Of a DNA stretch of 64,000 nucleotides, positions 63,104 to 64,000 are shown piece after piece. The DNA comes from Patescibacteria group bacterium (GTDB taxonomy: Bacteria; Patescibacteriota; Patescibacteriia; Patescibacteriales; WJLG01). How positions within the stretch are numbered: the stretch's first letter is position 1; every line of letters begins with the position of its first letter. The notes under the pieces are model-generated. The model was not told where the DNA came from. It did not search any database and saw only the letters and a program-made list of their open reading frames with translations. The stretch covers positions 43,013-107,012 of the forward strand of contig JAQUPS010000002.1 in assembly GCA_028716485.1 (NCBI GenBank). The letters are read 5' to 3'. The translations under genes were made by a program, and so were the position numbers.

Positions 63104-64000
63104 TTATTCAAGCCGTTTTTGCGAAACATCTCGTGCTTCAGCAATCGTCTTGCACGTAAATAAAGTATCTAGCATTACCCAGTTTCGACCAATAGGAAAT
63201 ATTCCGCCAGCTTCAACAACATTTACTGGCTTAAATGCCTTTCCTAAAAAATATGCAAAATGTGGCCTGCCCCAATTAGTGCTTGGCACTTCTTTTATTA
63301 TTTTGTGCGGATCGGTAAAAACTTCGTAGCCTTCTACGTGATGTATTGATTGTAGCTCACCATTATAGCGGAAAGCAATATAATTTGGCGGTTCAGAAGG
63401 GGCTCCATCGCCAATTTTATGCCAATATCTCAATTTTTTATTTACAATATCCATGTTTGTTATTGTCGCGCCAGGAACCGGAAATTGATTATTTAAAGCA
63501 ACAACATATACCCAATTTGAATCTTTATTTTGCATAGTCATAATATTTTCTAAATATTTATTTAATTCAATTAGTAATCTTTTTTCGGCATGGGAACAAT
63601 TAATCATTGCCTTTTTTGCGTATTTATAAATATCTTTCCATGATATATTTTTCACTTTAATATTATTAATCTGTTTAATATTAAAATGGGCATTAGCAAA
63701 ATCTTCGCTTGATTCAGATAATACTAATATCTTTTTAATCTTTACGGTTGAGTGTTTAAAACTGTCTCTTTTAACATATTTTTCTAATTGTTCCGCTGTT
63801 GGAAAATTCCAGCCTCGTTTAGCTTCAATAATCAGATGAAAATATCCAGGGTATTCAATTTCAAAATCAGTAAAACCACCGCCATCTTCATGTTTTTGCA
63901 AAATTACTTTTACATCATCTGGCAGATATTTTTCTTGCCAATTAATTGTTTCTTTTAAAAAAATATCTAAAAATTTATGAGAATTGGCTAACGCCCAGCC
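63104..64000 (-). CDS. PD-(D/E)xK nuclease-like protein (5' end beyond the window)
   Basis: The reading frame stays open from 63901 to the window edge (GWALANSHKFLDIFLKETINWQEKYLPDDVKVI...). FTDFEIEY...HLIIEAKRG fits a D ... E-x-K nuclease core. Confidence 0.5.
   Translation of the reverse strand, partial: GWALANSHKFLDIFLKETINWQEKYLPDDVKVILQKHEDGGGFTDFEIEYPGYFHLIIEAKRGWNFPTAEQLEKYVKRDSFKHSTVKIKKILVLSESSEDFANAHFNIKQINNIKVKNISWKDIYKYAKKAMINCSHAEKRLLIELNKYLENIMTMQNKDSNWVYVVALNNQFPVPGATITNMDIVNKKLRYWHKIGDGAPSEPPNYIAFRYNGELQSIHHVEGYEVFTDPHKIIKEVPSTNWGRPHFAYFLGKAFKPVNVVEAGGIFPIGRNWVMLDTLFTCKTIAEARDVSQKRLE

Noticed and set aside
1-64000. Alternative genetic code (UGA recoding, as in some CPR lineages, or stop reassignment in the phage-like region)
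   Set aside because: All conserved genes are intact under the standard code. TGA, TAA and TAG all occur at sensible gene ends; for example TGA ends 62479..63072 and TAA ends ftsZ. The single in-frame TAA in the ParB-methylase is an isolated case, so it is reported as a finding rather than as evidence of recoding.

Overview
The window looks like a small-genome, monoderm, CPR/Patescibacteria-type bacterium; that placement is inferred from gene content only. All functions below come from reading motifs in the translations, because no homology search could be run.

Positions 1-25.7 kb are core genome. They carry gpmI, a class I aldolase, ftsZ, ftsA, and a 1398-aa secreted LCAT-like hydrolase whose tail has tandemly duplicated modules. 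A complete secretin-less type IV pilus cluster follows: pilD, a Wzy_C/TPR protein, pilin, pilC, pilT, a response regulator, pilB, pilO, pilN and pilM, then comF.

Positions 25.7-30.2 kb are a visibly AT-richer five-gene island (GT4, nucleotidyltransferase, PHP, kinase, methyltransferase) that ends at tRNA-Trp. Positions 30.4-41.9 kb are housekeeping genes. These include an rpmG missing from the ORF track, mutM, a DEAD-box helicase, tRNA-Ser and a znuABC-like transporter. One higher-GC gene encodes a secreted protein with a T9SS-type C-terminal domain.

From about 44.4 kb to the window end the sequence is an AT-rich accessory region, and this is the most interesting part.
- A compact RiPP-like cassette: a 50-aa Cys-rich peptide, a radical SAM/SPASM enzyme with an RRE-like tail, a P-loop protein, a methyltransferase and an HD protein.
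- A second cluster rich in radical SAM and nucleotide-handling genes: a B12-type rSAM, an rSAM/SPASM, an MDR dehydrogenase, a kinase, a methyltransferase, two NUDIX genes, a processive GT2 and an NDK-like protein.
- The cassettes are delimited by mosaic, tRNA-3'-like junction repeats that resemble att sites.
- They are followed by 12-bp iteron-like repeats, a gene-free structured region of about 0.9 kb, and a degraded phage module. That module holds a ParB-methylase pair split by an in-frame TAA and terminase small and large subunits only.
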